A stretch of 64,000 nt of DNA from Candidatus Sericytochromatia bacterium (GCA_040400605.1 JBBAPZ010000002.1:97576-161575); one strand, 5' to 3'; positions 37,207 through 48,731 are shown, counted from the first letter of the stretch. Numbers and translations are program-made. Notes: a model not told the origin generated them from the letters alone.

Positions 37207-38055
37207 ATGAAGACCTGTGGTGGGGTGCTCCGGGCCGTTTGGCTGGGGTTGAGTGTCTTGGCGCTTGGTGCGTGTGGGCAGTCGCAGGGTGCGATTCTGG
37301 TTGGCGATTCAGTGCTTCGTGCGGATGCCAAAGCGTCGCTTGAGACTCATTATCGTGTGGTGAAGCAGGAAACAGGCGCTGAGTTGTTGGCCGTGCTGCA
37401 TACGCTGAGTGCCAAGGGGCAGCGGGTGGTCAGTTATGACCAGGCCCGGGATTGGTTGTTTGGAAGCATTGATGATCCGACGAATCAAAATCGGATCAAG
37501 GATGTGTATTTGGGGCGGCTAGGTTTTGCTATCACGGATTCGCGGGATGCCTTTCATCGTGGTTTCAACGCTGAACACACGTGGCCCCAAAGTTTGGGTG
37601 CTGAACAGGAGCCGGTTCGCAGTGACTTGCATCATCTCTTTCCGGTTGATGCAGGGGCCAATACGCAGCGCAATCGGCATCCGCTGGGTGTTCCCGAACG
37701 GTCCATTGAGGTTTTGCCTGATTATGACAAGTCTGAGCTGCACAGTCGGATAGGTCTTCGAGCGGATTCTCGAATTGTATTTGAGCCACGGGCTGATCAC
37801 CGAGGCGACGCAGCCCGCGCCCTATTCTATGTCTATACGCGTTACGCACTGGATCGACGCTTGGGATCAAAAATGTCCCTCAACAATTTTAAAGAGGAGC
37901 ACGCGACGTTGCTCCGCTGGCATGCGAACGACCCAGTATCTGAGAACGAGCGTGCACGTCATGATCGCATCGTCAAAAAACAGGGCAATCGCAATCCGTT
38001 TATCGATCACCCGGAATATGTTACCCGCGTTGGTGACTTCTTGCGGAGACGTTGA
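37207..38055 (+). CDS. Secreted endonuclease I family lipoprotein
   Basis: LGAC lipobox; NAEHTWPQS, DLHHLFP, RGDAARA, QGNRNPFIDHP. Confidence 0.9.
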   Translation: MKTCGGVLRAVWLGLSVLALGACGQSQGAILVGDSVLRADAKASLETHYRVVKQETGAELLAVLHTLSAKGQRVVSYDQARDWLFGSIDDPTNQNRIKDVYLGRLGFAITDSRDAFHRGFNAEHTWPQSLGAEQEPVRSDLHHLFPVDAGANTQRNRHPLGVPERSIEVLPDYDKSELHSRIGLRADSRIVFEPRADHRGDAARALFYVYTRYALDRRLGSKMSLNNFKEEHATLLRWHANDPVSENERARHDRIVKKQGNRNPFIDHPEYVTRVGDFLRRR

Positions 38056-38223
38056 TCCACAACGATACCGTGACACACCTTTTTTTTGTTCAAGGCTTGT
38101 CTGGCGAAGTCAAAAACCGCAGGTCTTCACGTCCTGTTACTCAACAACACCAACAACTTGATCAACCATCAATGCTTTTCCGTATCATCCCTCGGTCACC
38201 GTCAAGTTCGTCCCGTTTAGGGG

Positions 38224-38436
38224 TCAAGCGTCTTGAACCGGGCGACACGCGTCAAGCGACCAATGCTCCTCAATGCCACGTGCCTGTGCGCGATCCCAAC
38301 GCCGCGAACGGGCACCCCCCGATTCAGCCATCACATGCAGACCCAAGCCACACGGGTCGCAAACCCAGGGGTAATCACCCTGTCCATGTTCGTAATGTTC
38401 CAGTGGGCCTCGACAAATGGGGCAATGCCACGTCAT
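38224..38436 (-). CDS. Small zinc-ribbon protein
   Basis: CPIC..CDPC; GGAG RBS. Confidence 0.55.
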   Translation of the reverse strand: MTWHCPICRGPLEHYEHGQGDYPWVCDPCGLGLHVMAESGGARSRRWDRAQARGIEEHWSLDACRPVQDA

Positions 38437-38703
38437 GCTTGTCACCTTCTCCACGCGATGCGACCTCAAGATGCTCTGCCTTGGCAGTGTCAGAGCCGTC
38501 TGTTATAGTAATGGCGTTGAGGGAAAAAAGCCAGATTGGGGCGCGCGAGGCGTTAGCTCGTGGAAGTTTGGCTCTGAAGCGGTTGGAATCGTTTTTGCCC
38601 TGATACCAAAGCCTCTTCCAGCGTCGCCTTGTGGGTTTGTTTGGCTGGCGGGCTTGGCGGCGTCCGGGCATTTGTTTACAGACATTGAGACAGGCGGGCA
38701 TGG

Positions 38704-39963
38704 ATGCGGTATATCGACCGCGAAGAAGATTTGCGACAGTTTGCTGTGGAGTTGGCCGATGAGCGTTGGCTGGCCCTTGATACGGAATTTATTCGCGAAC
38801 AGAGTTATCAGCCCAAGGTTGAACTGGTTCAGGTTGCAACGCAGGACGGGCGAATTGCGCTGATTGATTATGGTCGAATCGGGTGTTTGGCAGCTGATCC
38901 TCTCAGTTCGTTGTTGCAGGATTCGGCAGTTTTGAAGATTTTTCATGCAGCCGAGCAGGATCTTGAAATGTTTCATCAGTTGATGGGCTGCGTGCCGGAA
39001 CCGATTTGGGACACCCAATTGGTGATGGGTCTGATGGGGCATCGCGGGCGTAATGGGTATGCGGCGGTCGTGGAGGCGGTATTGGGTGTCAAACCGACCA
39101 AAGGTGAGACGTTGACGGATTGGTCCAGACGTCCGCTCAGTGTTGAGCAATTGAATTATGCCATGGAGGATGTTCGACATCTGATCCCTTTGTATCAGCG
39201 ACAAGTCGAGGTTTTGCAATCGTTGGAGCGTTTGCGTTGGGCGCATGAGGAGTGCCATCGCGCGCGTCTTGCGGTTACCCGCGCTCTGGCGCTTCGTTCC
39301 AATCCGGCCACCTTGTACCGAAAGGTTCGTGGTGCGTCAAGTTTGGATCCGCGTGGATTGGCCGTAGTGCGGGAGTTGAGCGTGTGGCGTGAGCAAGAGG
39401 CCAAGCGGCGTGATCGCCCGCGGGGTTCGGTGTTGAAAGATGACATGCTGGTTGAAATCGCGCGCCGTGCGCCGACTCACCCAAGGGCGCTCAACAGTTT
39501 GAGGGGCTTGTCCGCGCGCGATCTTGAGCGTCACGCTTTCGATTGGGTGGCTTGTGTTCAACGCGTCAATCAAATGAATGTTGCGCAGTATCCTGCGGTG
39601 GAGGCGTCGGGGCCGGTGTTGAGTGACGCTGAACAGGCATTGGCAGCACTGCTTCAGGCGGTTTTGCATCACATCGCAGAGCGTGAACGTTTGCAGCCTG
39701 GATTGATTGCGACAACGGCCGATCTCCACCGTTTGATTGAGGGGCACCGCACGGACGATTTGGATCATCCTGTGTTGTCAGGCTGGCGGTACCATGTTGT
39801 GGGCAGTGTCTTGAAAGCAGTCATGAACGGCCAGTACCACGTGCATTGGGAGCCGAGTCAGGCACGACTCGCCATGGAGCCGCGCACCGTCGCTGCTGGC
39901 GGCCAGGACGATGTTCGCTCAGTGCGTGCAACAACAGGGCATGGTGATCATCCCACGTCTTGA
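38704..39963 (+). CDS. rnd: Ribonuclease D
   Basis: LDTEF, FHAAEQD, DTQ, DWSRRPLS..YA..DV; HRDC domain. Confidence 0.93.
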   Translation: MRYIDREEDLRQFAVELADERWLALDTEFIREQSYQPKVELVQVATQDGRIALIDYGRIGCLAADPLSSLLQDSAVLKIFHAAEQDLEMFHQLMGCVPEPIWDTQLVMGLMGHRGRNGYAAVVEAVLGVKPTKGETLTDWSRRPLSVEQLNYAMEDVRHLIPLYQRQVEVLQSLERLRWAHEECHRARLAVTRALALRSNPATLYRKVRGASSLDPRGLAVVRELSVWREQEAKRRDRPRGSVLKDDMLVEIARRAPTHPRALNSLRGLSARDLERHAFDWVACVQRVNQMNVAQYPAVEASGPVLSDAEQALAALLQAVLHHIAERERLQPGLIATTADLHRLIEGHRTDDLDHPVLSGWRYHVVGSVLKAVMNGQYHVHWEPSQARLAMEPRTVAAGGQDDVRSVRATTGHGDHPTS

Positions 39964-40130
39964 GTGTTATGCCATCAAGCATCGATTGGTGATCAAATTT
40001 TCGCTGTTTCTGAATGACGGGACGTGAGTGCCTTAATTATTGGACTTTGGTTCAGAAATTTTGAACGCACGGCCAAAGGTCAAGGTATCGTGCCCATCCG
40101 GCAGGTTTTGAGACGTGAAACTGGAAATGC

Positions 40131-41009
40131 CTAGGCAATCCCTTGCCACTCAAGACCACACGCGCGAGCGTACGCCTCACACGTGTTGTTTAATAACCAC
40201 GCAATGGTCATGGGCCCAACACCGCCCGGAACCGGAGTGATGGCAGCCGCCACCTTGACGACCTCACTGAAGGCCACGTCACCCGTAAGGCGACCATCAG
40301 GCAAACGGTTAATTCCGACGTCAATCACCACGGCGCCCGGCTTGACCATCTCACCTGTCACCAACTCCGGACGCCCGACCGCCGCAATCAAGACATCCGC
40401 ATCTCGGGTGTAACGCGCCAAATTGCGCGTTTGTGAATGACACACCGTCACCGTCGCATGCGCGTTCAACAACAGCGCGGACAACGGTTTGCCGACAATC
40501 GCACTGCGGCCCAATACCACGGCATGCAAACCTGCCAAGTTGATCGCGGCATGATCCAACAGATGCATCACGCCTGCCGGCGTGCACGGACGCGGCGCCG
40601 GCTGCCCCAGTACCGTGCAACCCAGGTTGTAAGGATGAAAACCATCCACATCCTTGCTCGGAATAATCGATGCAATCACCCGTTCAGCACGAATGTGCCC
40701 GGGCAACGGCATTTGAACCAGGATACCATCGACAGAACCATCCTGGTTCAACGCCTCAACAACCCCCAATAAACTTTGCTCCGAAGTATCCGCGGCAAGA
40801 TGCATCACCTGCGAGACCATGCCAATCTCTGCACACGCGCGTTGCTTGTGTCGGACATAAATGGATGAGGCTGGATCATTGCCAACCTGAATAACAGCCA
40901 AGGACGGCCGACGAAGCTCTGACGGCAAGCCTTGGATCCAACTCGCCATCCTCTGACGAGATGCCCCCGCCAAAGCCTTGCCATCCAACAATCGCGCTGC
41001 TACAGCCAT
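40131..41009 (-). CDS. folD: Methylenetetrahydrofolate dehydrogenase/cyclohydrolase
   Basis: KDVDGFHP, PCTP, GRS.IVGKP, TPVPGGVGPMT. Confidence 0.96.
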   Translation of the reverse strand: MAVAARLLDGKALAGASRQRMASWIQGLPSELRRPSLAVIQVGNDPASSIYVRHKQRACAEIGMVSQVMHLAADTSEQSLLGVVEALNQDGSVDGILVQMPLPGHIRAERVIASIIPSKDVDGFHPYNLGCTVLGQPAPRPCTPAGVMHLLDHAAINLAGLHAVVLGRSAIVGKPLSALLLNAHATVTVCHSQTRNLARYTRDADVLIAAVGRPELVTGEMVKPGAVVIDVGINRLPDGRLTGDVAFSEVVKVAAAITPVPGGVGPMTIAWLLNNTCEAYARACGLEWQGIA

Positions 41010-41099
41010 CACACGCCTCCAATCAACGGCTTGCCCATACTAAACACCGTCAGAGCAAGCGTCAACATCACCGCCGACAACCGCAACGCATCAAAGTCA

Positions 41100-42485
41100 C
41101 TAGAGGAAATTTGACGGATTGACCGCTCGGCCTTGAATCCGCACCTCAAAATGCAAGTGCGGCCCCGTTGAACGCCCCGTGTTGCCCATTTTGGCGATGA
41201 CCTGCCCACCCGATACGTGATCCCCGGTTGCCACCAACAAACTGGAACAATGCGCGTAACGCGTCACAACACCAGGACCGTGCTCAATGTCCACTGCATA
41301 CCCGTAAGCACCCATCCAACCTGCGCCGATCACAGTACCACCTTTGGCTGCTCGAATCGCCGTTCCAACTTCATTCGAAATATCAATACCGGGATGGAAG
41401 GCAAATCCACGTATGCCAAATGGAGACGAGAATTGACCACCCGCCGGCCACGACAATGCGCCTACCCGATTGCCGAACTGACCGACCAGACTGCGGGATA
41501 CCCTCAACCGGCCAGCCCACGGTCCCCGACTCTCTTCCCGATAGCCCCGCTCAATTTTTGGTGCGGATTGCTCAAGCAACATCTTCGCACCAGGGACAAA
41601 CACTCGTTCACCTGCTTTGAGCATTGATGGCAGTCCGTCATTGTAGTCTCGTAATTTTTCAACCGAGACGCGATAACGTTTTGCCAATTTGTCTGAAGCA
41701 ATTGGCTCCGACACTTTGTGCACCAAACCATCGACCGGTGGAATCAAGAGGCGCTGCCCGATGCGCAAACGATAGCCTCGTGGCAACCCATTATAAACAC
41801 GAATACTGCGTGCCCCTATGGCAAATCGCTGTCCCACTGCCGCAAATGAGTCGCCAGAAACCACCACGTACGCCACGACACCCCGGCGTTCTCCCTGTTC
41901 AATCGGCGTTTGCGTCCGACTCAACGCTGTTGCCTTTAGCATGAGATTTTGTGCCATAAGCTGCTGCATTGCCGGGGGACTCGCTTGAGGCACCTGTGAA
42001 ACAAGCGGTCTGCTTGGTAATCGATCAGCGTAAACGAACGGCGCAAGCAACAATCCGATCAAGCCGATCCACACGAGTGATCGCGCGCCCAAAGTGGATC
42101 GCAAGCGCCCAGGCTGCATCAACCCGGCAACTGACGCGCGCGGTATCACGGAATAGCGCAGTTCACCGACACGGTCCTCAGCCGGACGGAACCCGTCGGC
42201 CTCAATACCCGCCTGCCCCGTCCACAAACGCCAAAACGGCACAGGTTGCTGGTATAAACCCACAAACGCACTTCGTGACAAGCGTGGCGCCCGATAACGT
42301 GACCCACGGGTAACAGGCGGACGAATCACATATGCCTTGATTTCAGGTTCATCGACAGTTGTTGGTTCGCTGGCAAAAGATTCGAGCAAAAACCAGTCCT
42401 CCCGAGACGATGGTTTGAAGCCCAAAATGACGTTGCGCCGTAGGAACCATCGTTGACTCACAAAGCCTGCACAAGCTTGTGCCAA
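41100..42485 (-). CDS. LysM plus M23 peptidase
   Basis: TM segment, two LysM-like domains, HPGID, YAH, STGPHLHFE; start uncertain. Confidence 0.88.
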   Translation of the reverse strand: MAQACAGFVSQRWFLRRNVILGFKPSSREDWFLLESFASEPTTVDEPEIKAYVIRPPVTRGSRYRAPRLSRSAFVGLYQQPVPFWRLWTGQAGIEADGFRPAEDRVGELRYSVIPRASVAGLMQPGRLRSTLGARSLVWIGLIGLLLAPFVYADRLPSRPLVSQVPQASPPAMQQLMAQNLMLKATALSRTQTPIEQGERRGVVAYVVVSGDSFAAVGQRFAIGARSIRVYNGLPRGYRLRIGQRLLIPPVDGLVHKVSEPIASDKLAKRYRVSVEKLRDYNDGLPSMLKAGERVFVPGAKMLLEQSAPKIERGYREESRGPWAGRLRVSRSLVGQFGNRVGALSWPAGGQFSSPFGIRGFAFHPGIDISNEVGTAIRAAKGGTVIGAGWMGAYGYAVDIEHGPGVVTRYAHCSSLLVATGDHVSGGQVIAKMGNTGRSTGPHLHFEVRIQGRAVNPSNFL

Positions 42486-42566
42486 TGTCTGTGATAGAAA
42501 TCATAATAACCAAGCAAAATCGTAACATTTGCTTGGTTGAACGTCAAACGAGTCGGAGTGCTTTGA

Positions 42567-43223
42567 TTAAACGGACAGGTGCGTCTGCGCAGAGCGCCAA
42601 TCCGCTAAAAACTTCTCGATGCCAATATCGGTCAATGGGTGCTGGAACATTTGCTGGAGCACCTTGAAGGGCATTGTCGCAACGTGCGCGCCGAGCATCG
42701 CGGCCTGCGTGACATGGAGTGGATGGCGTACGCTCGCAACCAAAACTTCCGTCGTGAGATCATAGTGGCGATAGATCGTCAGGATCTCGCGGATCAATTC
42801 CATGCCATCGAGCCCCACGTCATCCAATCGTCCAACAAACGGGCTGACGTAGGTGGCACCCGCACGCGCAGCCAAAAGCGCCTGGTTTGCCGAAAAAACC
42901 AGCGTGACGTTGGTCTTGATTCCTTCACGACTCAACGCCCGGGTCACCTGTAATCCCGCTTCAGTCATCGGTAACTTGATCACGACGTTCGGAGCCCACG
43001 TGCAGTAGTCGTGCGCCTCGCTCAACATTCCCGCTGCATCGGTCGCCAGAACCTCCACGCTCAAAGGACCGGAAACCAGTTCGGCGATCGCCCCGATCAC
43101 AGGCTTGAGGGCCCGACCTTCGCGCGCAATCAAACTCGGATTGGTTGTTACCCCATCCACTTGACCCCATGCCACCGCCGCACGGATTTCATCCAGGTTC
43201 GCCGTATCGAGAAAAAACTTCAC
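42567..43223 (-). CDS. tal: Transaldolase (short Fsa/TalC type)
   Basis: [34 protein letters not shown]. Confidence 0.92.
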   Translation of the reverse strand: MKFFLDTANLDEIRAAVAWGQVDGVTTNPSLIAREGRALKPVIGAIAELVSGPLSVEVLATDAAGMLSEAHDYCTWAPNVVIKLPMTEAGLQVTRALSREGIKTNVTLVFSANQALLAARAGATYVSPFVGRLDDVGLDGMELIREILTIYRHYDLTTEVLVASVRHPLHVTQAAMLGAHVATMPFKVLQQMFQHPLTDIGIEKFLADWRSAQTHLSV

Positions 43224-43500
43224 AACTCTTATCCTTTCCGAAAACCGGTCCCCAAGGCCGTCTTGTCCCAAATCGGCGCAACAGGACTTGATTGTAAGCG
43301 ACAAGGCGTCGGTACCACAAGCGCTCTAACCCGCATTTAACGAAAAAAATTGCTGCGTTATGTGTGATGCGTCACACCGCCCGGCGCACGGCAGGCATTA
43401 ACATAACCGCATTAAGTTGGTTCCCACGGTATTCAAGGACTGAATCAACCGGGGCGGTTCCCCTTTGCGATAACTGAACAGATTGATGGAGCACGAATCT

Positions 43501-43953
43501 ATGACAACCAAAAAGAAATCCAACCAAGCCACGGCAAAAAGCAAGAATGCCCAAAAGCGTCAGGAAACCACGCGTTCGACGCGTGGACGCAAGAGCGCCA
43601 CAGCGACCGCTGACTCAAGCCCTGTTACCCCCAACATCATCGCAGTGACCATCGTGCCGCCCGACTTGACGGAGCCGGTCAAAACGGTTGTGCCAAGCCT
43701 TTCCCCCAGCCCTGTGGCCTCGGCCACACCCAACGTCGGGTCCGCCATGACACCCCAAACAACCCGTCAACCCCTGACGATCGGGATGTTCCAGAAACGT
43801 CTCTACGAACTCGGGTTCTATGGTGGCCATTGGGATGGCGTCTACGGTCCCCTCACGCGTGATGCCGTTTGTCGCTTTCAGACACGCGAAGGCTTGCCGG
43901 TCGATGGGGATGCGACACCCGACACCCTCACCCGTATGGGCTTAACCCTTTAG
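43501..43953 (+). CDS. Peptidoglycan-binding domain protein with basic disordered N-terminus
   Basis: QKRL..LGF..DGVYG..T..AV..FQ..GL..DG. Confidence 0.8.
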   Translation: MTTKKKSNQATAKSKNAQKRQETTRSTRGRKSATATADSSPVTPNIIAVTIVPPDLTEPVKTVVPSLSPSPVASATPNVGSAMTPQTTRQPLTIGMFQKRLYELGFYGGHWDGVYGPLTRDAVCRFQTREGLPVDGDATPDTLTRMGLTL

Positions 43954-44004
43954 GCTGTTGGTGAAACGGTCCAGGAAACGCCAGCATTTCCATTAGCTTG
44001 TGCC

Positions 44005-44045
44005 ACGTGGCAGACCTTGCGCGCAAAGGTCTGCCACGTTTTTTT
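44005..44045 (+). terminator. Intrinsic terminator between convergent genes
   Basis: ACGTGGCAGACCTT...AAGGTCTGCCACGT plus T-tract. Confidence 0.88.
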
Positions 44046-44757
44046 AACGCGAGAGCATGCTGGCCGTCTGTTCAATCAGCGCGTCACCCACTTGGAGGCG
44101 AAAGCCTTTGATCACTTCTTCCGCTTCGGCCCGTGCGGCAAAAGGCGTGACACCAACCACCCGCAAGGTGCCAATGCGTTGCGGAGCGATGTTGGTCATA
44201 TGGCGATAAACGGTGAAACGACTGTCGGTTTTGATGCCATCACTTTCGCCCAAATCCAGCAGGATTGTGTCTTCTTCAAGTCCTTTGATCAGACAGCGCA
44301 AGGGCAACGCCTGTCTGACGAATAACGCCAGTTGGTCCGCCAATGTCGCTTGACCACTCACCTCACCAAGCAAACTTAACTCCCGCGAAAACTCACCGCT
44401 GCGCAAATCATACAGACGTGCACGAACACTAACCGAACCGGTATTTGGGCTGGCACGACACACCAACAAGAGATCCGTCTTGCCAACGCCTGCAATTTTG
44501 GCACAATCCTTCAAGGAAAGCGGCACATCGAAATCAATCCGCGAGCCTTTCAACGACTGCAACAAAGCGGGACGCTCCACCCAGTCGAAGCGCCGCGTCT
44601 CATCCAGTTGTTTCCTCAAACGCTCAACGAAATCCCCCGCAGACCCTTCCAGCACCATGGCCAAACGCGGGCGCGATTCGACCGTTTCCGCATGCGCAAA
44701 CGCGACAAGACACAGCCAAGTCATCACACCCAGTCGCACAGCCCTGCCAACGCCCAT
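44044..44757 (-). CDS. Secreted protein with CsgG/FlgT-like architecture
   Basis: Signal peptide AHA; LDLG..DGI..F.VYR..GD C-terminal domain. Confidence 0.6.
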   Translation of the reverse strand: MGVGRAVRLGVMTWLCLVAFAHAETVESRPRLAMVLEGSAGDFVERLRKQLDETRRFDWVERPALLQSLKGSRIDFDVPLSLKDCAKIAGVGKTDLLLVCRASPNTGSVSVRARLYDLRSGEFSRELSLLGEVSGQATLADQLALFVRQALPLRCLIKGLEEDTILLDLGESDGIKTDSRFTVYRHMTNIAPQRIGTLRVVGVTPFAARAEAEEVIKGFRLQVGDALIEQTASMLSR

Positions 44758-45111
44758 TTTGCACCCCTCGCTGCATCACGTCCCCGTCGTCCCCACGCAT
44801 CGCGTTGCCGCCTGCGTCATTCTAACACCATTGCACTAACCCTTCTGCCGATTTCATTAACGTGCACTTCCCCATGCCAGTGACCAACACCCACCGCCTG
44901 CTACCGTGACTTCTCGTCACGCAATTCCGTCCAATCATCGCACCTGTCGGTTTTGGGCCGGCACGCCGTGCCAGCTGCCAGTGCTTGGTGCGTCTTTTCG
45001 CATTGAACATTAAGAAAAATATAATTTTGGTTTAAACGTTTTGTCTGGCAACAAGGTGACAGGGCAAAACGGGATAACGATTCCCATGGCTGGTGGATAC
45101 AGGAGGTTGGG

Positions 45112-46935
45112 ATGAGCGGCAGGCGGCGGATACGGGGCTTCGGTGTCGGGCTGTGTTTGCCGTTGCTGGTTGCGTGTCAGAGTGTGCCTTTGGCTTCGCT
45201 GCAGGTGAGGGATGTGGGGGCTTCTGTGTCGGCTCGTGTGGGGGAGCCTGTGCGATCGCCGATCATCACGACGCAATCACAGGCGTTTGACTGGCAGAGT
45301 GTGGATGAAATGGTGGTGCGTTTTCGTTCAGGGGGACGCACCTTGCCAGGAGCGACGCTCAAGGGCTCCCTGGCGCTGAAAAACACGTATGTCTATCGCT
45401 TGAACAGTCGTGGTTACGCCCTTGCGGCGGTGGAAGACTGGTCGATGCAAGAAGATATCGATTATGTCGAGCCAAATTATGTGTATCAGGCGGTGGGTGA
45501 GCCGAATGATCCCGGTTGGGATGATGCGTGGGGTATTGGCAAGATTGGGGCGCACGAGGTCTGGGCGTCCGGGCGTGGTGCGGGAATCAAGGTTGCTGTG
45601 TTGGATACCGGGGTTGCGGCGTCTCATGTTGACTTGAACGGGCAGGTCTTACGGGGTTGGGATTTTGTCAACGATGATGATGACGCAGGCGACGATCACG
45701 GGCACGGGACGCACGTGGCCGGCACGATTGCTGCGTTGGCAAACAATGGTGTCGGTGTCGCGGGGGTTGCGCCCGGATGCCGGATTATCCCCATCAAGGT
45801 GCTGGATGCGTCCGGTTCGGGGCGCAACAGCCAGATTGCCGCCGGGATTTTGAAGGCGGCTGAGTTGGGCGCACGTGTGATCAATTTGAGTCTTGGTGGG
45901 CCATCTGAGTCTGAGACCTTGCGACGTGCGATTGCGACCGTTGCGGCACAGGGTGTGACAGTGGTCGCCGCTGCGGGAAATGATGGGGTCTCCACACCTT
46001 TTTACCCGGCGGCCACTGCTGATGTGATCGCGGTTGCCGCAGTTGACAGTGCTTTGAATAAAGCAGGCTTCAGCAATTTTGGCGATTATGTGGACATTGC
46101 AGCACCTGGCGTACGCATCGCCTCGACGGGTAGAGCCGGAGATGTGGTGAAAATGAGCGGGACCAGTATGGCTGCACCACACGTCGCGGGTGCGGTCGCT
46201 TTGTTGGCCAGTGCGTTTCCTGATCTCAAAAGCAATCATTTCGGCAAGGCGATGCAACGCGGTGGGCTCGCCACAACGGGGTTTAAGGGTGAAAGCGTCT
46301 TGCCATCTTTGCATTTGCCCGGTGCATTCACAGCTGTACCAACCTTGGATTTGACGCCGCCTGGCAGGGTTTCGGGCGTGAATGCCAAGCCGGAGGGCCC
46401 CGGTGAGGTGGCACTCTCGTGGGCTGCATCAACAGATAACCTCAGTGCCGTCCGTTATCGCGTCAATCGCGACGGGGAGATGGTTGGAACCACGTCCGAC
46501 ACCACCTATCTGGACCGCGGGGTGTCGCAATCCGCGCAATACACGATTGTGGCCGAGGATGCCGACGGCAACCTCGCGGATGCCAGTTCGGCGATTACTG
46601 GCACTGCAGGGTTGGCGTCACCGCTGATTCAAAACCTGAAGGTGACGCGGCGGGACAGTTCATCGTTGACCATCGCGTGGCAGACCACCGTGCCGATGCG
46701 TTGCGTGTTGCAATGGGGTGACACGGATCGGCTTGGGTCGGTGGCCAGTGCAGGGAGTACGGCATCGTCGAATCACAAAGTCGAATTGAAAGATCGCCCG
46801 CGATTCAAGCTGCATCACTATCGGGTGCTTGGCACGACGGACGCAGGCGAGGCGCATTACTCAAGTACGCAAAAAGTCCGTACCAAACTGTTCTGGCTGT
46901 TTCAGGCACCCGGTTCGGCAGCATCACAGGATTGA
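45112..46935 (+). CDS. S8 subtilisin-like lipoprotein with Fn3-like domains
   Basis: LVAC; VLDTG, HGTHVAG, AAGN, GTSMAAP; W.ASTDN..Y. Confidence 0.93.
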   Translation: MSGRRRIRGFGVGLCLPLLVACQSVPLASLQVRDVGASVSARVGEPVRSPIITTQSQAFDWQSVDEMVVRFRSGGRTLPGATLKGSLALKNTYVYRLNSRGYALAAVEDWSMQEDIDYVEPNYVYQAVGEPNDPGWDDAWGIGKIGAHEVWASGRGAGIKVAVLDTGVAASHVDLNGQVLRGWDFVNDDDDAGDDHGHGTHVAGTIAALANNGVGVAGVAPGCRIIPIKVLDASGSGRNSQIAAGILKAAELGARVINLSLGGPSESETLRRAIATVAAQGVTVVAAAGNDGVSTPFYPAATADVIAVAAVDSALNKAGFSNFGDYVDIAAPGVRIASTGRAGDVVKMSGTSMAAPHVAGAVALLASAFPDLKSNHFGKAMQRGGLATTGFKGESVLPSLHLPGAFTAVPTLDLTPPGRVSGVNAKPEGPGEVALSWAASTDNLSAVRYRVNRDGEMVGTTSDTTYLDRGVSQSAQYTIVAEDADGNLADASSAITGTAGLASPLIQNLKVTRRDSSSLTIAWQTTVPMRCVLQWGDTDRLGSVASAGSTASSNHKVELKDRPRFKLHHYRVLGTTDAGEAHYSSTQKVRTKLFWLFQAPGSAASQD

Positions 46936-47239
46936 TGGGTTCATCCATCCGATGCGCGGATTGTCCGTTATACAGAAACGCGTTGTTGTTGATTGAATTT
47001 TGGCTGTGATTCAGTTTTTTTGTTGAACAGAAACCTATGCGTTGCTGCATCGATTCCCGTTACTGATTGACAGGATGTAGCGGCCCGAATCGGTCTCGCT
47101 ACCCTTGCGTCTTGGGCAGGTGGTTGTCTTCTGGCGAATCTGACGCTTCCTTGATGCGTGCGAGTGATGCGTCGGGTGGCTGAGCGGGTATGATGGGAGG
47201 GCTTCGCAACGATGCGTCCCGATTCAGGAGGAACAGTCA

Positions 47240-48577
47240 GTGAGTACGCCATCCATTTACCAAGCCCGTCGTGCTTCTTTGATGCAGTGGATGAATGGTG
47301 GCGCGGCGCTGGTTGGTACGGCGCCCGTTCGCATCCGCTCGCGAGACACCGATTACCGCTATCGTCCCGACAGTGATTTTTATTACCTGACCGGCTTTCG
47401 CGAGCCCCACGCCTGGCTGCTTTTGTTACCGGATCACCCCACCCACCAAAGCGTACTGTTTTTACAGGCCCGCGATCCTTTGGCCGAGACCTGGCACGGA
47501 CGCCGTCTTGGGGTTGAAAGGGCACGGTCAGTGCTCGGTGTCGATGCCGCCTATCCCATCGATGAACTGGATCAGGTATTGCCGAATCTTTTGCGGGGCC
47601 ATTCACGGCTCTATTATCATTTTGGGCAATATCCGGAGGCGGATCAAAGGGTCCTGAAATGGTTACCCAATTTGGCCAATCGGGTGACAGTCGCGCCAGG
47701 TGAAATCATATCGCCTCAAATTCATCTGCATGAAATGCGTTTGCACAAAGAATCCGTCGAACTTGACGCCATGCGCCAGGCGTCGGCCATCACTGCCAAG
47801 GGCTATGAGGCCGCGCTCAAAGCGATTGGGCCTGGTGCGCATGAATATGAGGTTGAAGCCGCACTGACTGGCACCTATCGCCGTCTCGGCGCCGAGGGAC
47901 ATGCGTATCAACCCATTGTCGCGAGTGGCGATAACGCCGTCATTTTGCACTATAACGACAATGAGCGACAAATGCGGGCGGGGGATTTAATTTTGATTGA
48001 TTCCGGTGCGGAGTACGGTTACTACGCCTGTGACATTTCACGAACATACCCTGTCAGCGGGCGCTTCAGTGCGGCGCAGAAAGCGGTTTATCAATTGGTG
48101 CTCAACGCGCAGAAGGCAGCCATCGATAAAATGCGCCTCGGCGAGCACGTCAAAGGCTATCATGAAGAAGCTGTGCGCGTCTTGACGTATGGGATGGTGG
48201 AATTGGGTCTATTGAAAGGTGATCCGGAGTCTTTGATCCAAAACGATGCCTACAAGGCCTTCTACATGCACGGCACCGGTCACTACTTGGGTCTGGATAC
48301 TCACGATGTGGGGCATTATCGCCTTGTTGATGCGCGAGGGCAGCAAACTGCCGACTGGCGGCCGATGCGTGAAGGCATGGTTTTAACCTGCGAACCGGGT
48401 CTTTATATTCCTTTGGGTACCGAAGGCGTGGATCCCGCCTTTCACGGCGTTGGTGTCCGCATTGAAGATGACATTTTGATCACGGCTGAGGGCCCTGTCA
48501 ATCTGACAGCGGACGTCCCCAAGGAGATCGATGACATCGAACGCTTGATGGCGACGCGTGCCGAGTATGTTACATAA
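47240..48577 (+). CDS. pepP: Xaa-Pro aminopeptidase
   Basis: DSDFYYLTG, LHY, DSGAE..DISRT, HGTGH.LGLD.HD, EPG, RIEDD. Confidence 0.94.
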   Translation: MSTPSIYQARRASLMQWMNGGAALVGTAPVRIRSRDTDYRYRPDSDFYYLTGFREPHAWLLLLPDHPTHQSVLFLQARDPLAETWHGRRLGVERARSVLGVDAAYPIDELDQVLPNLLRGHSRLYYHFGQYPEADQRVLKWLPNLANRVTVAPGEIISPQIHLHEMRLHKESVELDAMRQASAITAKGYEAALKAIGPGAHEYEVEAALTGTYRRLGAEGHAYQPIVASGDNAVILHYNDNERQMRAGDLILIDSGAEYGYYACDISRTYPVSGRFSAAQKAVYQLVLNAQKAAIDKMRLGEHVKGYHEEAVRVLTYGMVELGLLKGDPESLIQNDAYKAFYMHGTGHYLGLDTHDVGHYRLVDARGQQTADWRPMREGMVLTCEPGLYIPLGTEGVDPAFHGVGVRIEDDILITAEGPVNLTADVPKEIDDIERLMATRAEYVT

Positions 48578-48731
48578 ATTTACAACTGTCTAAAAGCTTT
48601 CTCCACAGCGCGTTTCCGGATGTTTGCACGCTATCGGTTGCAGGTAGCCGGGGCTTTGGGTGCGTTTCGAATGCGGGTACATCGTTTGCGAAGGTGGTTG
48701 TGTCCATTGGCTCGCAACGAAGGGATCGGCA

